NCBI GenBank assembly: GCA_029935375.1
Contig: JAOZKL010000001.1
Span: forward strand, 3,290 to 33,351
Direction of reading: 5' to 3'
DNA length: 30,062 nucleotides
Source of the DNA: Patescibacteria group bacterium
Lineage (GTDB): Bacteria > Patescibacteriota > JACMRA01
Made by a program: the position numbers and the translations under genes. Numbering within the stretch: the stretch's first letter is position 1; each line of letters starts with the position of its first letter. The notes below the pieces were generated by a model, which saw only the letters and a list, made by a program, of their open reading frames with translations, was not told the origin of the DNA and did no database searches. Below are positions 8,135 through 17,221 of this stretch, piece after piece.

Positions 8135-9514
8135 ATGTCATCAAAAACACAATATAAATGCTCTCAATGTGGTCATATAGTTCCAAAATGGCAAGGAAAG
8201 TGTCTTGAATGCGATACTTGGAGTTCTTATCAAGAAATTCTAGATAATAAAGGTGTAGACTCAAACCAAAGTATATCCAGCTCTGCAAATATAGACCCTG
8301 AAAAACTCAGTGTTTTGTTTGATCAAATTGATAAAAGACAAGACAAGAGGGCCTATCCTTTTTCAGCAAAGCAGCTTAATATTTTTTTCAACAAAGGGTT
8401 GGTCACTGGCAGTCTAACACTGTTGGCTGGAGAGCCAGGTCTTGGCAAATCTACATTTGCTTTGCAGATATTAAGATCTCTCAAAGTTGCAGATGAGAAA
8501 CAAAAGTTAAAACTATTATATATAACTGCGGAAGAATCTTCTTTTGAGCTTGCTCGTCGTAGTAGAAGACTCGGAATTGGGAAGGATGATATGTATATTT
8601 TACAGTCAAACAGCTTAGAGCATATTGAAAAAACATTAGATGTTCATAGTCCCAATATTGTAGTTGTTGATTCTATACAGACTATTTTTACATCAGACTC
8701 AACTTCATCCCCTGGTAGTGTATCACAAGTTTCTATATTAGCCACTCGCTTATTAGCAATTTCAAAATCTAGAAATATTAGCATAATATTAGTTGGACAT
8801 GTTACTAAAAGTGGGCAAATTGCAGGTCCAAAGACATTAGAGCACCTTGTTGACTCTGTGTTGCTGTTGGAATCATCAAAAAATCCAAAATATAGAACTT
8901 TAAGTTTTAGTAAACATAGATTTGGAAGTGTTGATGAGTTGTTATTATTGAAAATGGAAAGCTCAGGATTGCAGATAGTTGTTGATCCAAGCCTTGCGTT
9001 GTTGGAAAATATAGAAAAAGGAGTTGGTATAGTTTATGGAGTGGCTATGGATAAAAATCTTGTGCTATTGGCAGAAATTCAAGCTTTGGTTTCCAATCAA
9101 AAATTTCCGAGTGGTGATGGTAAATCATTTGGTCAAAGAGTTGTTATAGGTGGTCTAAAACCAGCAAAATTAAATACCATTCTTGCAATTGCTGAAAAAT
9201 ATCTTAATATAAACCTACAAAACGAAGATGTGTATCTGCAAGTATCTGGTCTTCCGAAAAATTGTTACGATGATAGTTTAGATTTGCCAATTTTACTAGC
9301 AATAATATCTTCATTAAAACAAAAATCTATTCAAGATATAACTAAATCTAAAAGTGATAAGATTTCTTATTCTGCCAGGCTTACACTTAGCGGGAAGATA
9401 CGTTCAGCAACTAATATGGAGATGCGAAGTAGAGTTGCAGAAAAACTAGGTTTCTTATACAATCCAAAGATTAACAATGGAGACATAGATGTTTCATTAT
9501 CAAATTTATTATAA
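8135..9514 (+). CDS. radA: DNA repair protein RadA/Sms
   Basis: N-terminal C4 Zn finger (CSQC..KWQGKCLEC), Walker A GEPGLGKST, VVDSIQT, GPKTLEHLVD, KHRFG (KNRFG variant) and a Lon-like C-terminal domain. Confidence 0.95.
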   Translation: MSSKTQYKCSQCGHIVPKWQGKCLECDTWSSYQEILDNKGVDSNQSISSSANIDPEKLSVLFDQIDKRQDKRAYPFSAKQLNIFFNKGLVTGSLTLLAGEPGLGKSTFALQILRSLKVADEKQKLKLLYITAEESSFELARRSRRLGIGKDDMYILQSNSLEHIEKTLDVHSPNIVVVDSIQTIFTSDSTSSPGSVSQVSILATRLLAISKSRNISIILVGHVTKSGQIAGPKTLEHLVDSVLLLESSKNPKYRTLSFSKHRFGSVDELLLLKMESSGLQIVVDPSLALLENIEKGVGIVYGVAMDKNLVLLAEIQALVSNQKFPSGDGKSFGQRVVIGGLKPAKLNTILAIAEKYLNINLQNEDVYLQVSGLPKNCYDDSLDLPILLAIISSLKQKSIQDITKSKSDKISYSARLTLSGKIRSATNMEMRSRVAEKLGFLYNPKINNGDIDVSLSNLL

Positions 9515-9520
9515 ATAATA

Positions 9521-9548
9521 TTGACATATTTAAGAAAACCTGTAATAT
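9521..9548 (+). promoter_or_regulatory. sigma70-type promoter of ftsE
   Basis: TTGACA-16 nt-TAATAT, 10 nt before the ATG. Confidence 0.55.
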
Positions 9549-9558
9549 TTATGTTAAT

Positions 9559-10254
9559 ATGATTAAACTCGTTGATGTCAACAAAAGATATAAAATTAAT
9601 GAAGAAAAAAAACATAAAGATGTTATAAATGGTATTAATCTTGAAATTGATCCAGGAGAATTTGTTATATTTATTGGCAAGTCTGGAGCTGGCAAATCAA
9701 CGCTACTAAAGATGATAACTGGAGAAGAGAGATCGACCTCTGGAGAGGTTTGGTTGGAGGATATTCGTGTTGATAAGATTAAATCAGAGTTTTTGCCATA
9801 TCTCAGGCGAAAAATTGGCGTCATCTTTCAGGATTTTAAATTATTGTCTACCAGAACAGTTTTTGAAAATGTTAGCTTGGCAATGGAAGTTGCTGGCGTG
9901 TGTAAAAAAGAGGTAGCAAAAAAAGTACCAGAACTATTAAAACAGGTTGGCATTGCAGACAAAGCCCATTATTATCCAAACGAGCTGTCGGGTGGAGAGA
10001 AACAGAGAGTGTCTATTGCAAGAGCTCTTTCACATGACCCAGTACTTTTGATAGCAGACGAGCCAACGGGTAATTTGGATAAAACAAATACCTATGAAAT
10101 AATGACTCTTTTATTAAAAATTAATAATTTAGGTACAACTGTTTTGTTAACTACCCATGATCAGGAAGTAGTCGACAAGTTAAGAAAGCGCGTTATAACA
10201 ATAAAAGACGGTCAAATAAGTATGGATCAGGAGATAGGATCTTACTATATTTAA
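9559..10254 (+). CDS. ftsE: Cell-division ABC ATPase FtsE
   Basis: GKSGAGKST, PYLRRKIGVIFQDFKLL, LSGGEKQRV, IADEPTGNLD, GTTVLLTTHD. The LRRxIGVxFQDFxLL segment favours FtsE over other ABC ATPases. Confidence 0.88.
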   Translation: MIKLVDVNKRYKINEEKKHKDVINGINLEIDPGEFVIFIGKSGAGKSTLLKMITGEERSTSGEVWLEDIRVDKIKSEFLPYLRRKIGVIFQDFKLLSTRTVFENVSLAMEVAGVCKKEVAKKVPELLKQVGIADKAHYYPNELSGGEKQRVSIARALSHDPVLLIADEPTGNLDKTNTYEIMTLLLKINNLGTTVLLTTHDQEVVDKLRKRVITIKDGQISMDQEIGSYYI

Positions 10255-10865
10255 TTGACAATATCTTTTACAGAATCTTTTAATGAGTTTACTACACTGG
10301 CAAAGTCTGGAACGTAGCTGTATGCTAAGACAAATATTATAAAAATTTCAAATATTGATAATATCAGCTTGATAGTTGTCCATGCTATCCCATTTTTTAC
10401 AGAGTCGTTTGTTTTGAATAATTGATAGAAAGGGTCTAAAATTGCTTCGTTGATAAAATAAAAGACTGTCTTTATCCAATGAAAAGGGTTTATTGTATTT
10501 ATCACACTCTTGTTTTTATTGCTCTCAAATAGACTCATCACTTCCAACAGGTTATTATATGTAATATCTGCCTTATTTAATTTAACAATATCTTCTATAT
10601 CCTCTATTGTTGAGATCTCTATGTAATCTTCTCTGTCAGTATAATTGTTTGGTTGATAGTTTAATAGTTTAGATTTGCCAGCAGCTCCAAAAATTTTCTT
10701 TATGACCATGCTTTTTAACTTTAGCTTAGCTTTTAGTTCAAACAACATATCTTTATCCCCTGTTTCGTATATCTCACAATACTGACGAAAAAGTTCGAAA
10801 TATTTTTTAAGCTGTTTGGATGAATATGTATTTTGCCAAATATATAGATCTGTGTAATGTCTCAT
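10251..10865 (-). CDS. Hypothetical protein with C-terminal membrane segment(s)
   Basis: 204-aa ORF; amphipathic NPFHWI segment and a hydrophobic stretch near the C-terminus. Confidence 0.7.
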   Translation of the reverse strand: MRHYTDLYIWQNTYSSKQLKKYFELFRQYCEIYETGDKDMLFELKAKLKLKSMVIKKIFGAAGKSKLLNYQPNNYTDREDYIEISTIEDIEDIVKLNKADITYNNLLEVMSLFESNKNKSVINTINPFHWIKTVFYFINEAILDPFYQLFKTNDSVKNGIAWTTIKLILSIFEIFIIFVLAYSYVPDFASVVNSLKDSVKDIVN

Positions 10866-10884
10866 AATAATCTTTTATGAACAC

Positions 10885-10913
10885 AACATAGCATATTTAT
10901 TTGTTGTAGTAAA
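10885..10913 (-). promoter_or_regulatory. Possible promoter of the 204-aa gene
   Basis: TTTACT-17 nt-TATGTT on the minus strand, overlapped by the inverted repeat ACAACA/TGTTGT (10883-10907). Confidence 0.4.
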
Positions 10914-10927
10914 GAGTCGTCTGTTTT

Positions 10928-13309
10928 TTAACTTAGAAGGCCAAATGAGCTTGTTAAATCTTCTACTATCTTTTTTTCACCAAAAATTAATATACCAAGT
11001 ATTTTAATATCATCTATGTTTTTTGATTCTTGTGACACGTTAACTTTTTTATCATCTGAGGAGTCTTGCATGTCTTGTGTAAATAATGAAATTGTCAAAC
11101 CTTTTTCTTCTGCAGACTGTTTCAATTCTAACAATACTTTATTATTTTCTTTCTCTTCCTTTATTACAATCGCATGTTGTATGTTCATTGGTATATAGGT
11201 TCCGTCCTTGGTATTAGATCCTTCTATGTCGATCAAATCTTTGCCTTTCCTAGCTGCCATTGAAGCTGACAGATGAGCAACAGTATTCATTTTAACCCAT
11301 TGCGGGGTCTTACTATCATTAAACACTACTATATGAGCTGATAATGTTTTTTTATTTTTATTACTTTTCTGTTCTTGATTTCTAACATGTGGAAAAGTAA
11401 CACATTCTTTTATATGCTTACCGAATAAGAATGAGAACAATCTTTCGCTGCTCCCCCACCCTGACAAGGGCGGCAATCCATATTCCAGGGCTTTAACATA
11501 GTCCTCGTTCATAAAGTGAGCCTCATCATCTCCTGCATCTCTTGCTGCTTGCTGATTTTCAAACCTATTATACTGATCTATAGGATCGTTTAACTCGCTA
11601 AAACCTTTTCCTAATTCTGCTGTTCCTGCAACAATTTGAAATCTTTCTGTTAGTTCTTGTTTTTCTGGATTTCGTTTTGCTAGCGGTTCTATTTCAACTG
11701 GAGGTAATGTTAAGAAGAATGGGTTGTGCATGTTTACTCTAGCCATTTTTTTATAAATTGTATCCATTACTTTGCTATATCCTGCATTTTGTTCTATTTC
11801 AATGTTGTGTGTACTTGCAATCTTTAGCATTTGATCTCTATTTTTACCTTCTAGGTCTACTTTACCACCAGAGAAATGTCGTATAGCTTCAAAATAAGGT
11901 ATCATTGGCCACCCTCCAATAAGTTTCCATCCATTTTTTTTTGCTTCTTTCTCTGTGCACCACTCACCCCAATTTATTGTATTTCCATAGTAGTCAGTTT
12001 GAATTAGAGGGCCTTTTAACTCTTTTATTATTCGTTGAAAAACTCTTTTCATGAATTTCATTCCATCTGTATAATCAGAGTATGCCCAATACCATTCAAT
12101 TTGGGTATATTCTTGTAAATGTTGTGGTGAAGACCCTTCATTTCTAAAGATGCGACCTATTTCAAATACTTTTTCAAAACCTCCCGCAATCAATCTTTTT
12201 AATGGAAGTTCCAGTGATATTCTCATATACACGTCTTGTCCCAATTCGTTATAATATGTTACAAAAGGTGATGCATCGGCTCCTCCTGGGGTAGTTTCAA
12301 ATACAGGACATTCAACTTCTAGAAAGCCTTCAGTTAACATTTCTTCTCTCCAAATTTGCCAAAATCTAGATTTTAATCTCATTAAGTTTCGTACAGACAG
12401 TCCATTGCTATCCTTTGTATTCATTTTGAAGTCAACAACTCTATTTGAATATCGTTCTTCCAGGTTCTCATATTCTAGTGTTTCTGGCAGTGGTCGCAAA
12501 GCTTTTGTTAATATTTTAAAATCCTCTACAAAGAGACTTGGCTCTTCTGTATTAGAAAAATCCACCATTCCAACAGCTTCTATATAGTCACCTTCATCAA
12601 TTAACTTAGCGAAATTTTTAAGAGTCATTGATTTTGGTTTCTCCCTGGTGTATTCTTCTTTTGTTTCTAAGTTTTGATCTTCTGCTAAATTATCTTTTTT
12701 GAATATAAACTGAAACCCATCTGGATTGGACTCGTCTTCAACTGTAGCAAACGCAATCTTACCTGCCACTCTTTTTGATTTTACTCTCCCAGATAGTGTT
12801 ATTTTTTGTCCTTTTTTGTATGATGTATCGATTAACTTGTTACTATCATCTTGTGAAAAAATGAAATAATCTTTTAAGAGGCTATACCTACCATGTTTAC
12901 TAATACCCGCCAATCCTTTAAATAGTTTTCTAGTTTCTATAATAAGGTTGTTATCTAACGGGGATTTTTGCATTTCTTCGTTATCGGGGTCTATTCCCAT
13001 ATCTTTTACAGCTTTACGTATTCTTAGCATTTCCTCTGCTTTGCCAACAAGATCTTTTGGAAGTATTACTTGATATAAAAAATATTCTAACGTATATGGT
13101 TTTATTTCTTTTTCTAATTTTTGGAGATCAATTTTATTTACAAAACTTGCCCAAAATTTCATAAAACTGAGCGAATAATCTCTTTTTGCATTTACTGCAA
13201 AGGTATTGTATCCAAAATCTTCAAGTTGCTCCATTCTTTTTATCCTAAGATCTCTCTGGTGTTTGACTGATGATAGTGAGATGTTATTGTCTTTGTTCTC
13301 TTTTGACAT
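10928..13309 (-). CDS. lysS: Class II lysyl-tRNA synthetase with N-terminal insertion and C-terminal DUF2000-like domain (start re-assigned to ATG 13309)
   Basis: OB-fold LSGRVKSKRVAGKIAF, motif 1 GFLEVECP, GGADASPF, MRISLELPLKRLIAGGFEKVFEIGRIFRNEG, TERFQ, motif 3 EYGLPPLSGWG. The ORF-track start at 13396 is a TTG inside the promoter region. Confidence 0.96.
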   Translation of the reverse strand: MSKENKDNNISLSSVKHQRDLRIKRMEQLEDFGYNTFAVNAKRDYSLSFMKFWASFVNKIDLQKLEKEIKPYTLEYFLYQVILPKDLVGKAEEMLRIRKAVKDMGIDPDNEEMQKSPLDNNLIIETRKLFKGLAGISKHGRYSLLKDYFIFSQDDSNKLIDTSYKKGQKITLSGRVKSKRVAGKIAFATVEDESNPDGFQFIFKKDNLAEDQNLETKEEYTREKPKSMTLKNFAKLIDEGDYIEAVGMVDFSNTEEPSLFVEDFKILTKALRPLPETLEYENLEERYSNRVVDFKMNTKDSNGLSVRNLMRLKSRFWQIWREEMLTEGFLEVECPVFETTPGGADASPFVTYYNELGQDVYMRISLELPLKRLIAGGFEKVFEIGRIFRNEGSSPQHLQEYTQIEWYWAYSDYTDGMKFMKRVFQRIIKELKGPLIQTDYYGNTINWGEWCTEKEAKKNGWKLIGGWPMIPYFEAIRHFSGGKVDLEGKNRDQMLKIASTHNIEIEQNAGYSKVMDTIYKKMARVNMHNPFFLTLPPVEIEPLAKRNPEKQELTERFQIVAGTAELGKGFSELNDPIDQYNRFENQQAARDAGDDEAHFMNEDYVKALEYGLPPLSGWGSSERLFSFLFGKHIKECVTFPHVRNQEQKSNKNKKTLSAHIVVFNDSKTPQWVKMNTVAHLSASMAARKGKDLIDIEGSNTKDGTYIPMNIQHAIVIKEEKENNKVLLELKQSAEEKGLTISLFTQDMQDSSDDKKVNVSQESKNIDDIKILGILIFGEKKIVEDLTSSFGLLS

Positions 13310-13331
13310 AATTGTAATAATATTTATATAT

Positions 13332-13362
13332 ATAATAAAATACCATTTTTTGATTTTGTCAA
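13332..13362 (-). promoter_or_regulatory. Probable lysS promoter
   Basis: TTGACA-19 nt-TATTAT on the minus strand; a second TTGACA (13390-13395) faces clpP. Confidence 0.45.
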
Positions 13363-13419
13363 TGTTATGGCCTAATTTTTTACAAAAGCTTGACAAAAAG
13401 TGTAAATTTATGAAAGTTT

Positions 13420-14025
13420 ATGTCTAATATGTCTTTAGTACCAATGGTTATAAAAAGAACTAGTGATGGAGAGAGGTCGATGGATTTATATTCTAGATTA
13501 CTTGATGAAAGGATTATAATGGTAAATGAGGGTTTTAATGATGAAATGGCTGGTAGTATAGTTGCTCAGCTTTTGTATCTACAAAGTGAAGATTCTGAAA
13601 AAGACATAACTATGTATATAAATAGTCCTGGTGGAGCTATTGTATCAATGTGGTCTATTATAGATACGATTAATATAATCAATCCTGATGTTGTGACTAT
13701 TTGTACTGGTATGGCAGCGTCTGCAGGTTCTGCACTTCTTGCAGCAGGAGCTAAAGGAAAAAGGATGATATTGCCACATGCAAAGGTGATGATCCATCAA
13801 CCCATGGGAGGTGCTCAGGGACAGATAAGTGATATGGAAATAACTATAAAAGAAGCCCTGCGTGAGAAGAAATCTTTAACTCAGTTTTTAGCGGATAGGT
13901 GTGACAAATCATTTAAACAGTTAGATAAAGATATGGATAGAGATAACTACATGGATGCAGAAGCGGCTTTAAAATATGGTATAGTTGATAAAATATTAAA
14001 AGCAAATCCAGCAAAAACAAGATAG
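13420..14025 (+). CDS. clpP: ATP-dependent Clp protease proteolytic subunit
   Basis: DLYSRLLDERII, YINSPGG, catalytic Ser in GMAASAG, His in MIHQP, Asp in DRDNY. Confidence 0.98.
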   Translation: MSNMSLVPMVIKRTSDGERSMDLYSRLLDERIIMVNEGFNDEMAGSIVAQLLYLQSEDSEKDITMYINSPGGAIVSMWSIIDTINIINPDVVTICTGMAASAGSALLAAGAKGKRMILPHAKVMIHQPMGGAQGQISDMEITIKEALREKKSLTQFLADRCDKSFKQLDKDMDRDNYMDAEAALKYGIVDKILKANPAKTR

Positions 14026-14026
14026 T

Positions 14027-14368
14027 ATGAAAATAGAAAAAATTAGAGATTTGGTAAAAGATTATTTTGTAAACATGTTGTTGCTCAGGTGGATCTGGGT
14101 GTTTGGATTGCTTGCAATAGGTACATTTTTTTTGTTCTATGGGCAAGTACAAGGAACTTTTGATATACATGAGTCAATACGAACAGCATCTATAAGAGAT
14201 CTTAGTTTTTTCCAAATCTGGACGGTTATTACAGCATCAGTGTTGATAAATTATTCTATATCATTCTCTGTTAAGTATAAGTTTCCTAGAACAGAGGTGT
14301 TGTTTTTTCTGGTAAGTCTACTGAGTTTATCTGTTCTGTATTTTCACGTTGTTCCAAATTTCTTTTAA
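14027..14368 (+). CDS. Hypothetical membrane protein, about 3 TM segments
   Basis: 113-aa hydrophobic ORF starting 1 nt after the clpP stop. Confidence 0.65.
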   Translation: MKIEKIRDLVKDYFVNMLLLRWIWVFGLLAIGTFFLFYGQVQGTFDIHESIRTASIRDLSFFQIWTVITASVLINYSISFSVKYKFPRTEVLFFLVSLLSLSVLYFHVVPNFF

Positions 14369-14373
14369 ATAGT

Positions 14374-15858
14374 TTATTTTTCCAAATCTGTTTTACACTG
14401 TGTGTCTTGCCACCTTGGTATCTTATAATTATCTCCAGTCCACAACTCTTTTATATTATATACAGGAGTTCCCTTATTTATATTGTCATAAACAAATTTA
14501 ACGTCATCCAATGGAGTTCTTGTACAACCATGACTGCCCTTTATTTTCCAAATATCTGTGCCCATACAAGATTCAGGAAACCATCTATACGCATCATGTA
14601 TTCCATATAGGCTTCCTCGAAAATACGCCAATACTCTGTCATATTTTATATTAGCCCCATATGGCTTGCCTGTATATGGACTGATTGGTTGCCTGTCTTT
14701 TTGTTTTTTAGATACACTACCAACAATATCAGTTGGGGTTGGTGTCTTTGGACTTCCGCTAGTCATAGGAACTGAGAATACAAACATACCATCCTGATAT
14801 ACATAAAATCTTTGTGTTTCTATGTTTTGCAAGATAACTTGATTGTTATTTTCTGCCAGTTCTACAAATTTTTCTAGTTTATTTGTTTTTGTCTGTATTG
14901 GAGGTGTATTATTTATATTTATATCCCTTCCATCTTTCTCTGCACTGTTAAGTAGCTTTATCGCTCTATCTATTTTTTCTTTATCAAACTGATTCTCTAT
15001 AGTTGCTAGGTTTTCATCGTATTTTTTACCTCCCCCGATTGTATCAAATACAGTTTTTGTTATAAACTCGTTTAATTCTACAGTGGTTTTCTGAGATCCT
15101 TCTAGTTTACTCAAGATAATTTCGTTTTGGTTGTATATGTTTTTAACTTTATTTTTTAGATATGATAGCTTTTGGCTTTCTTCGATATATACAGATCTAG
15201 GTAGATATATTTCAAAATTAGTTTTATCAGTTTCTATATTTTCTTTGAGATCATTGTTTGCAGATCTAAGCATGTTAATCAAAACTTCTTTTTTTGAGTT
15301 TATATCTTTTGGTAGTTCGAATCCACTTCCACTTTGTATATTTTTGAGATTTTCTAGCGCTTGATTACAAAGATAAATACTGTTCATATTCTTATCAAAC
15401 TCTAATTTTATATTATCAATTTTAGTAGAGTGTTTTTGTTCTATGTTTTCGAAAGCTTGACTAATTTGTGATTGTTCAGAATATCCAGTTTGGTTTTGTA
15501 TGTTGAGCCATGTTACTGCTAATTGACTTGGTACTTTACGTAAATTGTCAATCTGATTACAAGTTTTTTGTAGGTTTTTTGTAGGTTTTATATAGTCAAT
15601 TTTATTATTTATTGCTTTCAGAACTTGATTACAATTTTTTGGTAGAGTTTGTGTTTTTATATTTATGTCTTGTATAATTTGTCCTACTTCACGGCCGCTA
15701 TCACTATTTACATACAAAAAACTACCTATTGCAACCCCACCACTAAGTCCCAGCATTGTTAATATTTGTAATCCTCTACTTTTATTGTTGGATATTCTCT
15801 TTTTTTCACCTAACTTTTTTCTTGTAAATCCTTTATCTTTTTGGCCTTCTTTGATCAT
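14374..15858 (-). CDS. L,D-transpeptidase (YkuD family) with N-terminal membrane anchor and long helical stalk
   Basis: C-terminal MTSGSPKTPTP, YGIHD...GSHGC catalytic His/Cys; one TM near the N-terminus. Start set at the first ATG (15858); the ORF-track start is TTG 15894. Confidence 0.88.
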   Translation of the reverse strand: MIKEGQKDKGFTRKKLGEKKRISNNKSRGLQILTMLGLSGGVAIGSFLYVNSDSGREVGQIIQDINIKTQTLPKNCNQVLKAINNKIDYIKPTKNLQKTCNQIDNLRKVPSQLAVTWLNIQNQTGYSEQSQISQAFENIEQKHSTKIDNIKLEFDKNMNSIYLCNQALENLKNIQSGSGFELPKDINSKKEVLINMLRSANNDLKENIETDKTNFEIYLPRSVYIEESQKLSYLKNKVKNIYNQNEIILSKLEGSQKTTVELNEFITKTVFDTIGGGKKYDENLATIENQFDKEKIDRAIKLLNSAEKDGRDININNTPPIQTKTNKLEKFVELAENNNQVILQNIETQRFYVYQDGMFVFSVPMTSGSPKTPTPTDIVGSVSKKQKDRQPISPYTGKPYGANIKYDRVLAYFRGSLYGIHDAYRWFPESCMGTDIWKIKGSHGCTRTPLDDVKFVYDNINKGTPVYNIKELWTGDNYKIPRWQDTQCKTDLEK

Positions 15859-15932
15859 ATAGATATATCTAGCATAATTATTTATTATATACAATAGTGG
15901 TTAATTATTAAGTTTTTTAGACTTTTCAGCCT

Positions 15933-17180
15933 CTAGTCAACATATACTAACGTCCCAATATCAGCCCATTTATATACAAATTCTACAGCAGAATGTGGTG
16001 TGTTTATACATCCGTGACTACCTCCCCATTTATAGTCATCCCCTCCAAACTTTGATCTCCAACAATCTACACTATTGCAAGAGTCGTGAATACCATAACC
16101 ACCATAGAATGGCATCCAATAATCCACCCATAACCGATAGCCATCTCCGGAAAGATATCTACCAGGAGTTTTTTGATAAATACTGAAAGAGCCTCGTACT
16201 GTTGGAGTGCTTAATTTCCCACTTGTAATATATGTAGAGAAAATCAACTGTTCATCCTCGTACAGATACATTTTCTGACTCCATATATTTATATATATTT
16301 GTTTCCATATACCCTCTTTTGGTGCTTTTGGTGGCAGCTTTCCAATCCATTTTTTTGCCTCTTGCTCTATCCACACTTCTCTCTGAGCAATTTCTTTATC
16401 GTATGTTTTTTGTTGCTCTTCTCTAGATTTGTTTAGTATTGGATACACATGCTCTTCTAATACTGATACAATCTCTTTGTAATTTTTTTTCTGATACTTC
16501 TGCAGAACTCTGATATCTTTTGCTTTGCTTAGAAATTGATTCATATCTTCTTGCTGTCCTTCCATTCCTCTTTTTTCAAAGAAGATGGCCAACTCTTCCG
16601 CTTCTGCCTCCATTTCTATTAAACTTTCAAATAATATCTTTTTCTGGGTTGTGTCAACTTGGGTCGTTAATATTGCATTCTTTTGTTCTAACTCTTTTAA
16701 CAAATCATTGTAATCATTCAAGTTCAAATCTATTTCTACAAAGCTTTCTGTAAAGTAATTTATATAGTTTTCTAGCTCTTCCCTATTCTGGATTGTAATG
16801 TTTTCTGTGTCTATAAGCTCAATTTGATAAGCTTCTAGATTCAGCTCTAGTAGCTCCCTACTCTTTTCTACCTTGCTTTTGTATTTTTTATTTAACTCTC
16901 CCTCTTTTTCTTTTGTTTGATTCGCTATATCTTTTATTTTACTATATCCAGAGAACAGTGTCATATCATCTTTCTCTGATTGAAGATATTCTAGGTCATC
17001 TTGTAGCTGGTCTAATCCGTTGTAACTAAGTTTTTCAACTGTCTGTATTCCATGGTTGATTATACTTTTAGTATCCATATAAGCTTTTGTATAGCCAGTC
17101 CCAGCTAATACTATAAATAATAGTAACAATGCAATAATTCCATATACTATATATTTGACTGTTGCCATCCCTCCCCTCAT
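15933..17180 (-). CDS. L,D-transpeptidase (YkuD family) with N-terminal membrane anchor and coiled-coil stalk
   Basis: ITSGKLSTPTVRG, YWMPFYGGYGIHD...GSHGCINTP; N-terminal TM; E/K/Q-rich helical middle. Alternative start ATG 17168 follows a GGAGG. Confidence 0.92.
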   Translation of the reverse strand: MRGGMATVKYIVYGIIALLLLFIVLAGTGYTKAYMDTKSIINHGIQTVEKLSYNGLDQLQDDLEYLQSEKDDMTLFSGYSKIKDIANQTKEKEGELNKKYKSKVEKSRELLELNLEAYQIELIDTENITIQNREELENYINYFTESFVEIDLNLNDYNDLLKELEQKNAILTTQVDTTQKKILFESLIEMEAEAEELAIFFEKRGMEGQQEDMNQFLSKAKDIRVLQKYQKKNYKEIVSVLEEHVYPILNKSREEQQKTYDKEIAQREVWIEQEAKKWIGKLPPKAPKEGIWKQIYINIWSQKMYLYEDEQLIFSTYITSGKLSTPTVRGSFSIYQKTPGRYLSGDGYRLWVDYWMPFYGGYGIHDSCNSVDCWRSKFGGDDYKWGGSHGCINTPHSAVEFVYKWADIGTLVYVD

Positions 17181-17188
17181 ACCAATTA

Positions 17189-17217
17189 AGTATGATTCAA
17201 TCTTTTATCATTGTCAA
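17189..17217 (-). promoter_or_regulatory. Promoter of the L,D-transpeptidase pair
   Basis: TTGACA-17 nt-CATACT on the minus strand, 8 nt before ATG 17180. Confidence 0.6.
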
Positions 17218-17221
17218 TATT

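Noticed and set aside
8905-8930. RadA KNRFG motif reads KHRFG
   Set aside because: A single substitution with Walker A/B and the Zn finger intact; insufficient to claim altered function.
12827-13144. LysRS insertion as an intein or intron
   Set aside because: No Cys/Ser start with a His-Asn end, no LAGLIDADG motif, and the frame is continuous.
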